Source: a virus
Direction: 5' to 3' (one strand)
IMG/VR virus record: IMGVR_UViG_3300048913_000137
Span: 1-59,654 of that record
Length of the DNA: 59,654 nt
In this document: piece by piece, positions 35,632 through 44,590 of the stretch
Position numbering within the stretch: the stretch's first letter is position 1
How the letters are laid out: the number at the start of each line of letters is the position of its first letter
Program-made: the position numbers and the translations under genes
The notes under the pieces: model-generated
What the model was told of the DNA's origin: nothing
What the model saw: only the letters and a program-made list of their open reading frames with translations
Database searches by the model: none

Positions 35632-38103
35632 GTGGTCGAATATCTCAAGAAATACGGCGAGTCGGTCCTCGAAAACGGCTACGCAATCTGTTTCATCCGG
35701 CCGGGCGAAAAGCGTCCGTTCGGCAAGGAGTGGGAAGAGAAGGTTCACGGCCCGAAGCTGCTGGCTAAATTCGTCGAGTCGGGCAAGGGTGACTTCGGCG
35801 TCGGAGTGAAGACCGCCAAGACCCCGCTGGTGGACATCGACTGCTATGACGCCGATCTCGTCGAGCACATGCGGGCATTCGTCGAAGACTTGTGCGGTGA
35901 GACGCTAGAGCGCACCGGCCTGGCTCCGAAACTCGGCATGGTCTATCGCGCCAAGAAGGCTTTCCCCAAAACGCAGTCCAAGGTCTTCATCGACGATGAA
36001 GGCCGCCAGGTGAAGCTCGAAGTGTTGGCGGACGGCCAGCAATTCGTGGCGCTGCACATCCACCCTGACACCGGCAAGCCCTATCGCTGGAAGAACAAGA
36101 AGCACGTCGGCAATACGCCTCGCGCCGATCTCCCCGAGATCACCCGCGACGACGCGCTAGAGATCGTCGCCGAATTCGAGCGGGAGGCTCGGGATCGCGG
36201 ATGGGTGGAGAAGAGCACTGTCAAGCGGATGGAGGGCAAGTCCTCCGGCAGCTATGATTGGGATGATCCCTTCATCACCGACAAGCAGAAGGTCGAGATC
36301 ACCACCGACGATCTACGCGCCAAGCTGCAAATGGTTCCTAACTGTGACGATTATGATACTTGGTTTCATGTCGGCATGGCGCTGCACCACCAATTCGACG
36401 GCTCGGACGAAGGTCTGACGCTGTGGCATGAGTGGTCTGCGGACGCTGCGAATTACGATCAAGACGCGCTCGACGAGAAGTGGCCCACCTTCGCTATCGA
36501 AGGCAAGAAGCGCGAGCCGCTGACTGCCCGTTTCATTCTGAAGCAGGCGATAGCTGAAGAAGAGCGCGTCGCCGTCGAAGAGGCGGAGGAAGTGCGCGAG
36601 CAGCTTGCCGACGCCTCCGATCTCCCGTCCGTCCGCAAGGTGTGCGACCGGATCAAGCACATCGCCTTCGATTCCATCATGCGCGAGCAGATGGTCAAGC
36701 TGGTGCAGGACAAGATCAAGAAGGTCGGCGGCACCACCATGTCGATCTCGTCGATCCGTGCGCTGTGCCGCTATGAGAATCCCGAGAACCACTCGACGCC
36801 GCCCTGGCTGACGCACTTCGTCTATGTCCAGCAGGACGAAACCTTCTACTCGACGCGCACGCGGCAAGTCCTGTCCACCAAGGCTTTCGACCAGTCGTTC
36901 GGGCGCTACATGATGACGAAGAAGGATCGGCTGGAAGGTCGCTCGGCTCCCGAGCATACCGCTTCGCACGTCGCCCTCTACCGCTATCAGATTCCCACCG
37001 TCGCCAACCGCATGTATCTCCCGCAATTCGAGGATGAGATCGTGTCGGTCAACGGCCTGGATTACGTCAACAGCTATAGCCAAGACTCGATCCCCGAGAC
37101 GCCGGAAAAGCTCAACCGGAAAGGCCGCCGGGCGGTCGAAGTTGTGCTGCGCCACATGGAGCACCTGTTCGCCGATGAGCGTGATCGGAAGTTACTTCTT
37201 AGCTGGCTCGCACATATCGTGCAGACCGGCGGCCGGTCCAACTGGTCCCCGGTGATCCAGGGCGTGCAGGGCGACGGCAAGACCTTCTTCCACCTGTTGA
37301 TGGGGGCTGTGCTCGGCGGGGCCAACGTCAGGACGATCAACGGCGACATGCTCGCCGAGAAATACACGCCTTGGGCCGAAGGCTCGCAATTCTGCTTCAT
37401 TGAGGAAGTCCGGCTGCACGGCAAGGATCGCTATGCGATCATCAACAAAGTGAAGCCCTACATCACCAACGTCATGGCTCCGGTTCGGCGCATGAACGTC
37501 GATGTCTATGACGTGCTCAACACCGTGAGCTATATGCTGACGACGAACCATAAGGACGGTGTGCCGGTCGATGCGAACGACACCCGCTTCTTCCCGATGT
37601 TCTCGCGGTGGCAGATTAAGGCCAAGCTGGACCGCTTCAATGCGGCTCATCCTGACTATTACGTCGAGCTTCACGCTGTCTTGGAGCACGCTGGCGAGCT
37701 TCGCCGCTGGCTGCTGGACTATGAGCTTCACGAAGACTTCAACCCCGAGCGCCGTGCGCCAATCTCCACCGCCAAGGCCGAGATGATCTATCTCAACCAG
37801 ACCGATGAAGAGGAAGCCCTGGAAACCGCCCTGGACGAGTCGGAAGACCCTGGCTTCAGCCGGTCGATCCTGGATAGCGCCCTGGTGGCCGATGCGATGA
37901 TCGAATATGGCGCTGCGGCACCATACGGCCGGGCGCTGAAGATGCTCCTATCCGAGCACGGCTTCACCTTCCTGGGGCAAGTCAAGGTCGATGGGAAGAA
38001 CCGCAAATTCTGGACCCAGGAGCCCGAGCGGTTCCTTGGATCGAACGGCAAAGTCAATGCTATCGCGGTTCGCACTCACCTGGAAGACGACGATCCGATC
38101 TAA
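35632..38103 (+). CDS. Bifunctional primase-polymerase (prim-pol) / D5-P4-type helicase
   Basis: GTG start. N-terminal prim-pol block (ICFIRPGEKRPFGKEW...DIDCYD), PriCT-like DTWFHVGMALHH, Walker A GVQGDGKT. Ends EDDDPI. Confidence 0.8.
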   Translation: MVEYLKKYGESVLENGYAICFIRPGEKRPFGKEWEEKVHGPKLLAKFVESGKGDFGVGVKTAKTPLVDIDCYDADLVEHMRAFVEDLCGETLERTGLAPKLGMVYRAKKAFPKTQSKVFIDDEGRQVKLEVLADGQQFVALHIHPDTGKPYRWKNKKHVGNTPRADLPEITRDDALEIVAEFEREARDRGWVEKSTVKRMEGKSSGSYDWDDPFITDKQKVEITTDDLRAKLQMVPNCDDYDTWFHVGMALHHQFDGSDEGLTLWHEWSADAANYDQDALDEKWPTFAIEGKKREPLTARFILKQAIAEEERVAVEEAEEVREQLADASDLPSVRKVCDRIKHIAFDSIMREQMVKLVQDKIKKVGGTTMSISSIRALCRYENPENHSTPPWLTHFVYVQQDETFYSTRTRQVLSTKAFDQSFGRYMMTKKDRLEGRSAPEHTASHVALYRYQIPTVANRMYLPQFEDEIVSVNGLDYVNSYSQDSIPETPEKLNRKGRRAVEVVLRHMEHLFADERDRKLLLSWLAHIVQTGGRSNWSPVIQGVQGDGKTFFHLLMGAVLGGANVRTINGDMLAEKYTPWAEGSQFCFIEEVRLHGKDRYAIINKVKPYITNVMAPVRRMNVDVYDVLNTVSYMLTTNHKDGVPVDANDTRFFPMFSRWQIKAKLDRFNAAHPDYYVELHAVLEHAGELRRWLLDYELHEDFNPERRAPISTAKAEMIYLNQTDEEEALETALDESEDPGFSRSILDSALVADAMIEYGAAAPYGRALKMLLSEHGFTFLGQVKVDGKNRKFWTQEPERFLGSNGKVNAIAVRTHLEDDDPI
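37188..37198. repeat. Dispersed palindrome copy GAAGTTACTTC
   Basis: In the primase gene (+), read as KLL. Confidence 0.9.
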
Positions 38104-38408
38104 CGGATCGTGGTCTTCTGCACGACGACACCGCTGCATTCGACTACCAGCCAAGGGCCGTAGCGGATAAGCTCGAAGACGAATTCCTCGCCGGTCGGAT
38201 CGGTCTGGACCGCCAGCTTGCCATTGACGCTCGACTCGGCCCACATCTCGCTCACCATGCTCCACAGGGCGTGAATTGTCTCCGTCCGGCTAGGCGGTGG
38301 AGCCAGCAAACCGTTCTCGGCGATCAGGTCGCGGAGCCAGTGGCTATAGACCGCGTTGGCCCAATCCTGCATGTCGCGGTGCCGTTCGGCCCAATCCTTG
38401 ACGCTCAT
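38100..38408 (-). CDS. Hypothetical protein
   Basis: 102-aa ORF, convergent with the primase gene. Confidence 0.45.
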   Translation of the reverse strand: MSVKDWAERHRDMQDWANAVYSHWLRDLIAENGLLAPPPSRTETIHALWSMVSEMWAESSVNGKLAVQTDPTGEEFVFELIRYGPWLVVECSGVVVQKTTIR

Positions 38409-39184
38409 TTGCCCTTCCTCCGGCGCTTGTGGCGCTTCGTGGGATCGTGCTGAAGGTAGGCCGGTGGTGCCTTCTTGGCAACCCCCTTGGCCTCCGGCTT
38501 CGCGTGTATGAACGCCTGGCTGTAGAGATCAAGCTGCGGATTGATTATCTCGCCGCCAGCCGATTCGATGTCCAGGATCACGCCGCGCACGCGCTTGTCG
38601 GACATGGCGGCGAGCACGCGGGCTTCGATCATGCCGAAGTCCAGCCCGGCCATTGCGATCACCGCGACCTTGTGCTGCGGACGCCGGATCGGCGCGACAA
38701 AGGGTGCCAGGCGGCGGCCGGTCGGCGTGCCCTCGAATTGGATCGTCTCGTCGTCGAGATCGAAGGTGCCCGGCGGCTGCATGTCGAAGTGCCCGCCTTC
38801 GATATAGTAGCGACGGGGCTTGGCGGGTTTCGGCATCATCGCCTCGAAGTCCGACGCCATCCGCTCATAGCTGGTTCCCATGAGATCGCCGAGCGACGCC
38901 AGCAGCGTCTCGGTATCCCACAGGCTCATCGGCCGGTTGAACGGCGAGGGCGCTGGCAGCAGCTTTTGCGGATCGTGGCCGACGATGGCGCGGGTGGCGG
39001 GAATCATCCCTCCCATGAGGGCGCTCCACAGATATGCGTGCGCCAGGGGGCTATATTTCGTCGGGATCGTCACGGTGAAGCTCGGCCCGCGAGGCTGCAT
39101 CAGGTCGATGCTGTCTGCCGGGCGGCGGATGCTCGGGTAGGAGAGCCTGACGTTCTTCAGGACGATTGGCTTCTTCTCGGTCAC
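38405..39184 (-). CDS. Hypothetical protein; C-terminal region resembles the N-terminal strand of S49/ClpP peptidases
   Basis: KVAVIAMAGLDFGMIE...VRGVILDIESAGGEI resembles the protease motif IVFDVDSPGGEA, but no catalytic region follows. Confidence 0.45.
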   Translation of the reverse strand: MTEKKPIVLKNVRLSYPSIRRPADSIDLMQPRGPSFTVTIPTKYSPLAHAYLWSALMGGMIPATRAIVGHDPQKLLPAPSPFNRPMSLWDTETLLASLGDLMGTSYERMASDFEAMMPKPAKPRRYYIEGGHFDMQPPGTFDLDDETIQFEGTPTGRRLAPFVAPIRRPQHKVAVIAMAGLDFGMIEARVLAAMSDKRVRGVILDIESAGGEIINPQLDLYSQAFIHAKPEAKGVAKKAPPAYLQHDPTKRHKRRRKGK

Positions 39185-39187
39185 GAC

Positions 39188-39823
39188 TCACTCCATTGAC
39201 GGGGGCAATGGCAGATTAGTATCATAATCGTCGCGGTTAGCAAGAAGGTTTCTCTTCTTCCGGCGTTTCTTGCTGGTCCTGGTTTCCCCGGCTCGCGTGA
39301 ATTCGGTGTCGCAGTCAACACAGGCCCACGATGTCGCCTCGCCGCCGTGATCCGTCAGCACCATGCGACGGCCGGTGTGGCACGTCGGGCAAGGTGGCGC
39401 TGGTGGCGGCGGTGGGGGCGCAAGACGATACTGGCGATCCCACTCTTCGTCGGTGAGCATGTAATCCATCGTCGAGCCAACCGCGTGCGTCCGGCCGTAG
39501 ATCACCGGCAGCGGAGTGTCGCCATATTCGTCGCGCTTGGGCGGGAATAGGCGCTCGCGCCAGTTGGGATCGTCGCCGAAGAAGTTGGGGTCCAGCCAGA
39601 ATGCGGTCGGGCAGTCGATGAAGGCTTGCGCCTGCCGCCGGTCGTCCTCAATCGTCCACAGTGAGACGGCCAGGGTTGGCTCGGGGGCAGGCAGCGGATC
39701 GGGCTTGAAGAAATTCCGAGTGTCATATCCCCGCCGCGCGAGAAAGACGTTCTCGATCTTGTGGGCCGCATAGCCCGCTGCGATCAGCGTGGCGACGGTG
39801 GATATGACAGACTCGAAGATCAT
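39188..39823 (-). CDS. Hypothetical membrane-anchored protein with poly-Pro tract and CxxC...CxxC zinc ribbon
   Basis: N-terminal TM helix, PPPPPPAPPCPTC...CVDC. Confidence 0.45.
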   Translation of the reverse strand: MIFESVISTVATLIAAGYAAHKIENVFLARRGYDTRNFFKPDPLPAPEPTLAVSLWTIEDDRRQAQAFIDCPTAFWLDPNFFGDDPNWRERLFPPKRDEYGDTPLPVIYGRTHAVGSTMDYMLTDEEWDRQYRLAPPPPPPAPPCPTCHTGRRMVLTDHGGEATSWACVDCDTEFTRAGETRTSKKRRKKRNLLANRDDYDTNLPLPPSME

Positions 39824-40188
39824 GATTTGCTCGCATACTCTTCAGGGGTGATGCCGAAGACGGCAGCACGGCCGACGCCCATCTTGCCGGTGCGATCAAC
39901 ACTGAAGGCTCCTGTGCCGAAACCCGCATGGACGTTGAATTCCATCAGGCAGGCGTCGCAACCGACATTCATGCTCATACCACCGCTCGGCCCGGCGAGC
40001 AACGTGCCGTGCTTGCGGCAGTCAGGGCAATTCCCGCTGTTTACGGCGAGCACATCGCGGTCGATGCCTGCATCGGCTGGCGGCCGGTCGCGATCCGCCG
40101 GGCGCGATGGGGTGTTGCGGGGGCGGACGAAAATCGCTCCGCCGATGAAGATCGCCAAGATGATGGCAATGAGAATGATCGTTTCCAT
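39820..40188 (-). CDS. Hypothetical membrane-anchored protein with CxxC...C..C motif
   Basis: Internal start METIILIAIIL (GGAAGGA upstream) of ORF 39820..40443. Confidence 0.45.
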   Translation of the reverse strand: METIILIAIILAIFIGGAIFVRPRNTPSRPADRDRPPADAGIDRDVLAVNSGNCPDCRKHGTLLAGPSGGMSMNVGCDACLMEFNVHAGFGTGAFSVDRTGKMGVGRAAVFGITPEEYASKS

Positions 40189-40189
40189 G

Positions 40190-40549
40190 TCAGTCCTTCC
40201 GGTATTGTTCGGCGTTGAAGTAGGTCGGGCCGCGATAAGGCTTCCCGAATTCACCCATATTGGGGGTGGGCGGCAGAAGCTCGCCGTCATCTTCGACGGG
40301 AGTGGTTGCGATCCGCATCGCTTCAGCCTGGCGCTCGGCAAGCGTTCGCGGGATGAAGGTGGGAAGGATAGGAGGGGGAGCCCTCTCGGAAGTGACTTCC
40401 GGCTCGGTCGGGCGGGTGAAACGAAGGGCGAGAAGGCCGCCAATCGCTACTGCGGAGCCCAGGATTGCCGTGGCGGCCGGGTCCCCGGTGAGGGCGTAGG
40501 TGGCAACAACCGTCGCGGTTATCACCAGCAGGATCACGAATTTCGTCAT
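40190..40549 (-). CDS. Hypothetical membrane protein
   Basis: 119 aa, two hydrophobic helices. First gene leftward of the iteron region, GGAGG upstream. Confidence 0.5.
   Translation of the reverse strand: MTKFVILLVITATVVATYALTGDPAATAILGSAVAIGGLLALRFTRPTEPEVTSERAPPPILPTFIPRTLAERQAEAMRIATTPVEDDGELLPPTPNMGEFGKPYRGPTYFNAEQYRKD
40389..40399. repeat. Dispersed palindrome copy GAAGTGACTTC
   Basis: In CDS 40190..40549, read as EVTS. Confidence 0.85.
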
Positions 40550-40615
40550 TTGAGCCTCCGATTCGCATATAACTAAGTGTCACGCTTAGGGGCTATTTCG
40601 AGGGCCGTCAAGCCA

Positions 40616-40966
40616 GGTAACGATAGCGAGGTAACGATAAGGTAGCGATAGTGGTTTCAGCCCTGTTTTTGGCCGATTTGGGGGTGTCGTGATCCCGACC
40701 ACCAACGGCGGCGGTTAGCGACTCACCTGTTTAACCATGACGCTTAGCACGATTCCGTTATCGCTACCTTATCGCTACCTCACTATCGCTACCTGAAGAA
40801 ACCCATAGAATCCAGTCCTTTAACCCCCAAAGGTAACGATAGTAACGATAGTAACGATAGTTGGTAGTCCCGTATAGGAGAAAACACTATTCATTTTTTC
40901 CAGAAGGGGGAGGGTGCCTATTCGGCCTACTATCGCTACCTGGGGGTCTATGCGCTAATCGCTACG
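40616..40966. repeat. Iteron cluster: 11 copies of GGTA(A/G)CGATAG in 3 direct / 3 inverted / 3 direct / 2 inverted blocks (candidate origin or centromere-like site)
   Basis: Units at 40616, 40630, 40641 (+); 40758, 40769, 40783 (-); 40832, 40843, 40852 (+); 40930, 40956 (-). AT-rich tract gaaaacactattcattttttcc at ~40880-40905. Confidence 0.75.
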
Positions 40967-41022
40967 CATATACGGGCTGCATCGCAACCCCTTATTTCCG
41001 ATATACCGCGACGGTTAGCACG

Positions 41023-41033
41023 GAAGGCACTTC
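41023..41033. repeat. One-mismatch variant GAAGgCACTTC
   Basis: Non-coding DNA right of the iterons. Confidence 0.5.
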
Positions 41034-41143
41034 CAAAGGGTCAAAAACTAGAGGGGCCATGACGAATTTCGGACAAAACGGGTTTAAGCGGCTCAGCGCC
41101 CCCGCTCGACCCCGACTCGGGCCAGGAGGGACCCGCTCCTTCA

Positions 41144-41154
41144 CAAGTAACTTC
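41144..41154. repeat. One-mismatch variant cAAGTAACTTC
   Basis: Non-coding DNA. Confidence 0.45.
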
Positions 41155-41420
41155 ATATGTCAAGCGGTTAGTGGCGCTCGCGCACAATCTCAATATGCGT
41201 GACGCATATGCAACACATGCACTAATCGTTATCATTAGCATTAAGGGGGCAGGGCTTGCCCATAGTGCCCCCTATGTCCGCCCCCTCGCTAGGCCGCTAT
41301 CCCGCTATGCGCCCTGCCCTGCCCTGCCCCTTGCCAGGAAGGCCGCCTATAGGCCGCCCCTCATAGGGGGCACGCGGAAAGGCCGCCTAGAGGGGCTTCC
41401 CCTAGACGGCCGATCAAGGC

Positions 41421-41431
41421 GAAGTTACTTC
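41421..41431. repeat. Dispersed palindrome copy GAAGTTACTTC
   Basis: Non-coding; flanks extend the dyad (GGCGAAGTTACTTCCGCC). Confidence 0.9.
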
Positions 41432-41501
41432 CGCCGCACGCAACAGAAAGGCCGCTAGAGCTTTCCCTAGCGGCCTATATGCCTTGCCTATGATCTAGGC
41501 G

Positions 41502-41648
41502 CTATCCATCGCGCCCATTGTCCAGCGTGCGCCAGTATCGCCACGCGCCGCCCTTAGATTGCGTCCTGAATAGATCAGGATTGGAAAGGCCGCCTAGCTT
41601 CCTGAATTCGGCTTTGCTCAATCCTTCCTTGCGGATGCGTTGGCACAT
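41502..41648 (-). CDS. Small hypothetical protein (48 aa, below the ORF-track cutoff)
   Basis: My own translation is MCQRIRKEGLSKAEFRKLGGLSNPDLFRTQSKGGAWRYWRTLDNGRDG. The ATG lies 2 nt downstream of the upstream gene's stop. Confidence 0.3.
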   Translation of the reverse strand: MCQRIRKEGLSKAEFRKLGGLSNPDLFRTQSKGGAWRYWRTLDNGRDG

Positions 41649-41649
41649 A

Positions 41650-41835
41650 TCATTTGTTCCTTTCGATTGCATAGCAGGGCGGAAAGTCGCTTTCTTCCAT
41701 CGCCCATATGTCGCCCCCTGTCATAGCGCACTCATGCCCTATCAATCGGGGGACAGGGGGAAGGGCAAGCGCCACTAAGCCAAGCGTGGCCAGTGCGCCC
41801 GCAAGAGCCCCTAGCAGGACATCCCGCGCCCTCAT
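41650..41835 (-). CDS. Small membrane protein (hypothetical)
   Basis: 61 aa, hydrophobic N-terminus, ATGA-coupled to the upstream gene. Confidence 0.4.
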   Translation of the reverse strand: MRARDVLLGALAGALATLGLVALALPPVPRLIGHECAMTGGDIWAMEESDFPPCYAIERNK

Positions 41836-42944
41836 GCGCCGCCCTCGCCATAGGCCGCCGCACGCACCCTTGCATCGGCATAGGCGAACATAGGGCGCGC
41901 TTCGCTATATTCGGACGCCAGGGAAGCCCCATAAGCGCCTTTCGGAAGCATGGATAGGGTAAGGCCGCCTAGCTCATTCATGAGCGGCCGAGTCGCCATA
42001 TCTAGCGCCTCATGCGCCAGCCGTTCGGCTTTCCATTGCCTATCGCTGGAATCGAATTGCCGCGCCAGATTTGCCGCGCGTGCCCCTTCCGCGTCGCGTT
42101 GCTCGCGATAGGCCGCAATATCGGCCGCTTGCTTGCGGATAGTGTCGCGAGCGGCCACGCCATCGGCCCTAAGCCGGTTAAGCTCTAAGCACGCTTCGCG
42201 ATACTTGGACTCGGCATTGTCCGCCCTCGCCTTCCACAAGGGCAGGGCTTCGCGCGCTTCCGTCAATTCTTCGTCCCGCGCCGTCGATTGGCGATAGATC
42301 GCGCCAAGCGCCTTAGCGAGCGAGTCGCCGATATGTCGCCCGCATTCATCGGAAAGAGCGTCCGCTAGGGACATGAACGAGTCGATATTGTCGGACGTGC
42401 GAGCACGCGCCAGGACTTCGCGGCCTAGCTCCATATCGGCCAGGAAGCCAAGGCGGATAGCGTCAAGCTCATAGGCGCGGCCAGGGGTAGGGGGCTTGTG
42501 CCAAATGCGATCATTTGCGCCCGCAATCTCTTGCGCCGTGCGGGCGCTTTCCGTCGTTCGCGCGTCCTGCCCTTGCGCGTCGATCAGGACGAAGCCGGGC
42601 AAAGCGTCCGCCACAACGCGGCGAGTCCGCTCCTTAAAAACCGCGTCCATTTCAGTGAGGCGCACGCCCTCGCTCGCGACAATCGCGGCAAGTTGCCATT
42701 CCGCCAGGGACGATAAAACTTCCGTATCTTCCGCGCCGACGCCATCCATCGAATCGCGAAGCTCATAGGTCCAGCCGCGAGTCAGATTGCCAGCGTTCAA
42801 GCGGTCCCGCTCGACTTCGCCCGCGTGGAAGTTGTTTCCGTCATAGTCGGGCACGCGCGCCAGCATGGCCGAGTCGTCCGAATAGACTCCGCCCTCGCAA
42901 AGCGCGGCGCGGTCGCCGTTAGTCGCCACAAGAAACTTGAACAT
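41832..42944 (-). CDS. Hypothetical protein (coiled-coil C-terminal half)
   Basis: 370-aa ORF with AAGGAG 8 nt upstream. Uses CTA/ATA codons that are rare elsewhere in the genome. Confidence 0.55.
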   Translation of the reverse strand: MFKFLVATNGDRAALCEGGVYSDDSAMLARVPDYDGNNFHAGEVERDRLNAGNLTRGWTYELRDSMDGVGAEDTEVLSSLAEWQLAAIVASEGVRLTEMDAVFKERTRRVVADALPGFVLIDAQGQDARTTESARTAQEIAGANDRIWHKPPTPGRAYELDAIRLGFLADMELGREVLARARTSDNIDSFMSLADALSDECGRHIGDSLAKALGAIYRQSTARDEELTEAREALPLWKARADNAESKYREACLELNRLRADGVAARDTIRKQAADIAAYREQRDAEGARAANLARQFDSSDRQWKAERLAHEALDMATRPLMNELGGLTLSMLPKGAYGASLASEYSEARPMFAYADARVRAAAYGEGGA

Positions 42945-42976
42945 GAAACCGACTCCTTGATTGCTATGCGTAACGC

Positions 42977-43153
42977 TTAGCGCCGATGCGTGCGGCGATC
43001 AAGCGCCTTTATGGCTTGCGTGCGGATACGCGCCAGCCGCTTGGCTTCCTCATAGGCCGCGATATGCTGGAATGCGTATCCCTCAAAATAGGACGCTTCC
43101 GAATAGCTGCAATGCAAGAGGGGCAGGGCAGGGCGGATAGGGGCGTAAAACAT
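42977..43153 (-). CDS. Small hypothetical protein
   Basis: Internal start MFYAPIRP (GAGGA upstream) of ORF 42977..43333. Confidence 0.35.
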   Translation of the reverse strand: MFYAPIRPALPLLHCSYSEASYFEGYAFQHIAAYEEAKRLARIRTQAIKALDRRTHRR

Positions 43154-43157
43154 GCGA

Positions 43158-43340
43158 TCAATCCTCGCCAGGGCGGTTAACGAAGCGTTCGGGCGCGGCG
43201 CGAAACGAGCGGCCATGAACGGGGCGGACGGCGCGGGCGATACGGTCGCGAGCTTCCGCGCGGTCCCGCATAAGCTCCAAAGCGACGCAAGCGGCAAAGC
43301 CAAGCGCCAGGATGGAAACCAAAGCCAAAACATAAGCCAT
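43158..43340 (-). CDS. Small membrane protein (hypothetical)
   Basis: 60 aa, N-terminal TM helix, AAGGAG upstream. Confidence 0.45.
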   Translation of the reverse strand: MAYVLALVSILALGFAACVALELMRDRAEARDRIARAVRPVHGRSFRAAPERFVNRPGED

Positions 43341-43390
43341 AGAAACGACTCCTTTCGTGCGCCCCTTATGGCGGATAAGCCTTAACAGGA

Positions 43391-43430
43391 CGTAAAAATA
43401 GAGCGGCGCGGAAGTAACTTCCGGCCGCCC
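43391..43430 (-). terminator. Candidate intrinsic terminator built around a palindrome copy
   Basis: Minus strand reads GGCGGCCGGAAGTTACTTCCGCGCC (imperfect extended stem) followed by gctctaTTTTT. Confidence 0.35.
43411..43421. repeat. Dispersed palindrome copy GAAGTAACTTC
   Basis: Intergenic, core of a hairpin followed by a T-run. Confidence 0.9.
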
Positions 43431-43471
43431 CTAGTTATGCCAAGCGCGGAGTCGAAACGCGCCCGGCTAGA

Positions 43472-43675
43472 TCAATGCGAGATGCGGGCGAGTCCGTCCA
43501 TCAATCCGACGGCATAGCCGCACTGATAGATGACATAGGCCACGCCTAGAACGATAGGCGACACAAGCAATTTGAAGCCAAGCCGGGCGCGCTTATAGCT
43601 TCGCTTCCGCATGGCCGCCGCTTCCTCGCGTGCAAGCCGTGCGGCTTCGCGAGCGTCCGCTAGGGGCGTGCTCAT
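43472..43675 (-). CDS. Small membrane protein (hypothetical)
   Basis: 67 aa, C-terminal TM helix, ATGA-coupled. Confidence 0.45.
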   Translation of the reverse strand: MSTPLADAREAARLAREEAAAMRKRSYKRARLGFKLLVSPIVLGVAYVIYQCGYAVGLMDGLARISH

Positions 43676-43935
43676 GCCGTGCCCCCTTCCACGAGTCCGA
43701 CATATTCAACGCAAGTTGCGCCCCCTACGCCAAACCGAGTCGCGTCATGCGTCCAGGCGAAGAATTCCGAGTCGCCGCACGATATGGAGTCGCCGCGCCA
43801 GGGGCGGCCTAGAAGCCAATCGGCGAAGGCTTCCGCGTTGTCCGCTTCGTCCGGCTCTAGCTCGCTTCCATCGCCGTTGACTAGGTAGCAAGCCCAATGC
43901 GCGGGCGCGGTTCCAGTGACAGGGATAAGCGCCAT
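43672..43935 (-). CDS. Hypothetical protein
   Basis: Internal start MALIPVTG of ORF 43672..44133, coupled to the upstream stop at 43935. Confidence 0.45.
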   Translation of the reverse strand: MALIPVTGTAPAHWACYLVNGDGSELEPDEADNAEAFADWLLGRPWRGDSISCGDSEFFAWTHDATRFGVGGATCVEYVGLVEGGTA

Positions 43936-44567
43936 TAGATCGCCCTCACTGACTGATAGGGGGCACCATAGGCAGGGCTTCCCCCGTTCGCCCTTGGCTC
44001 TAGCTCCAAATGGACGGGAATCCATCCGGTTGACTTGCCAACGCGGAAGCGCCGCCGCTCGCCATAGGAGTCGACAACTTCCACCGTGCGCCCCTCTAGT
44101 CCGATCAGTTGCGGCACTAGATCGACTTCGCAACGCTCGCGAGTCGCGTTGTGCCGCGCATGAATAGCGGACGTTATCGCCTGATATTGCTCATAGCTCG
44201 CGAGCGTGCCCGGCGCTTCCACGCCATGAGGGCAAATCGCCCAATAGTCGGACGGCGCACGCTCTAAAAGCCAAGCGCCATAACGAGTCGCCCTTTCGTG
44301 GCAAATGTCAAAGCCAAGGCAAGTAAAGCCTTCGCCGCAACGGATAACGAATAAGCGCCTTTCTTCGTTAAGCGTGACAGGGGGCGCGCAAGTTTCCAGG
44401 GAGTCGCCCCCCTTGTAAAACTTGAACGTCCGGCCGCTCCTTTCGCCCTTGGCGTGAATCCATTTGCGGCCGATGGAAGTTACTTCCGCGAAGCGTTCGC
44501 CCATCATAAAAATATCGGAATGCGGGGCAATCTTGACTCGGTCGCCCTTGTGAATTGGATTTGCCAT
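43935..44567 (-). CDS. Hypothetical protein
   Basis: 210-aa ORF, AAAGGAG upstream. Confidence 0.55.
   Translation of the reverse strand: MANPIHKGDRVKIAPHSDIFMMGERFAEVTSIGRKWIHAKGERSGRTFKFYKGGDSLETCAPPVTLNEERRLFVIRCGEGFTCLGFDICHERATRYGAWLLERAPSDYWAICPHGVEAPGTLASYEQYQAITSAIHARHNATRERCEVDLVPQLIGLEGRTVEVVDSYGERRRFRVGKSTGWIPVHLELEPRANGGSPAYGAPYQSVRAI
44476..44486. repeat. Dispersed palindrome copy GAAGTTACTTC
   Basis: In CDS 43935..44567, read as EVTS. Confidence 0.9.
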
Positions 44568-44590
44568 GTCTCTAGCTCCTTTCCGTTCGC

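Noticed and set aside
40616-40966. CRISPR array
   Set aside because: The units are only 9-11 bp, occur in both orientations, are partly directly abutting, and have irregular spacing. No cas genes are present. Iterons are the better description.
40861-41202. 113-aa plus-strand ORF in the long non-coding region
   Set aside because: It has no ribosome-binding site, spans iterons and the AT-rich tract, and has odd composition. It is most likely a chance ORF.
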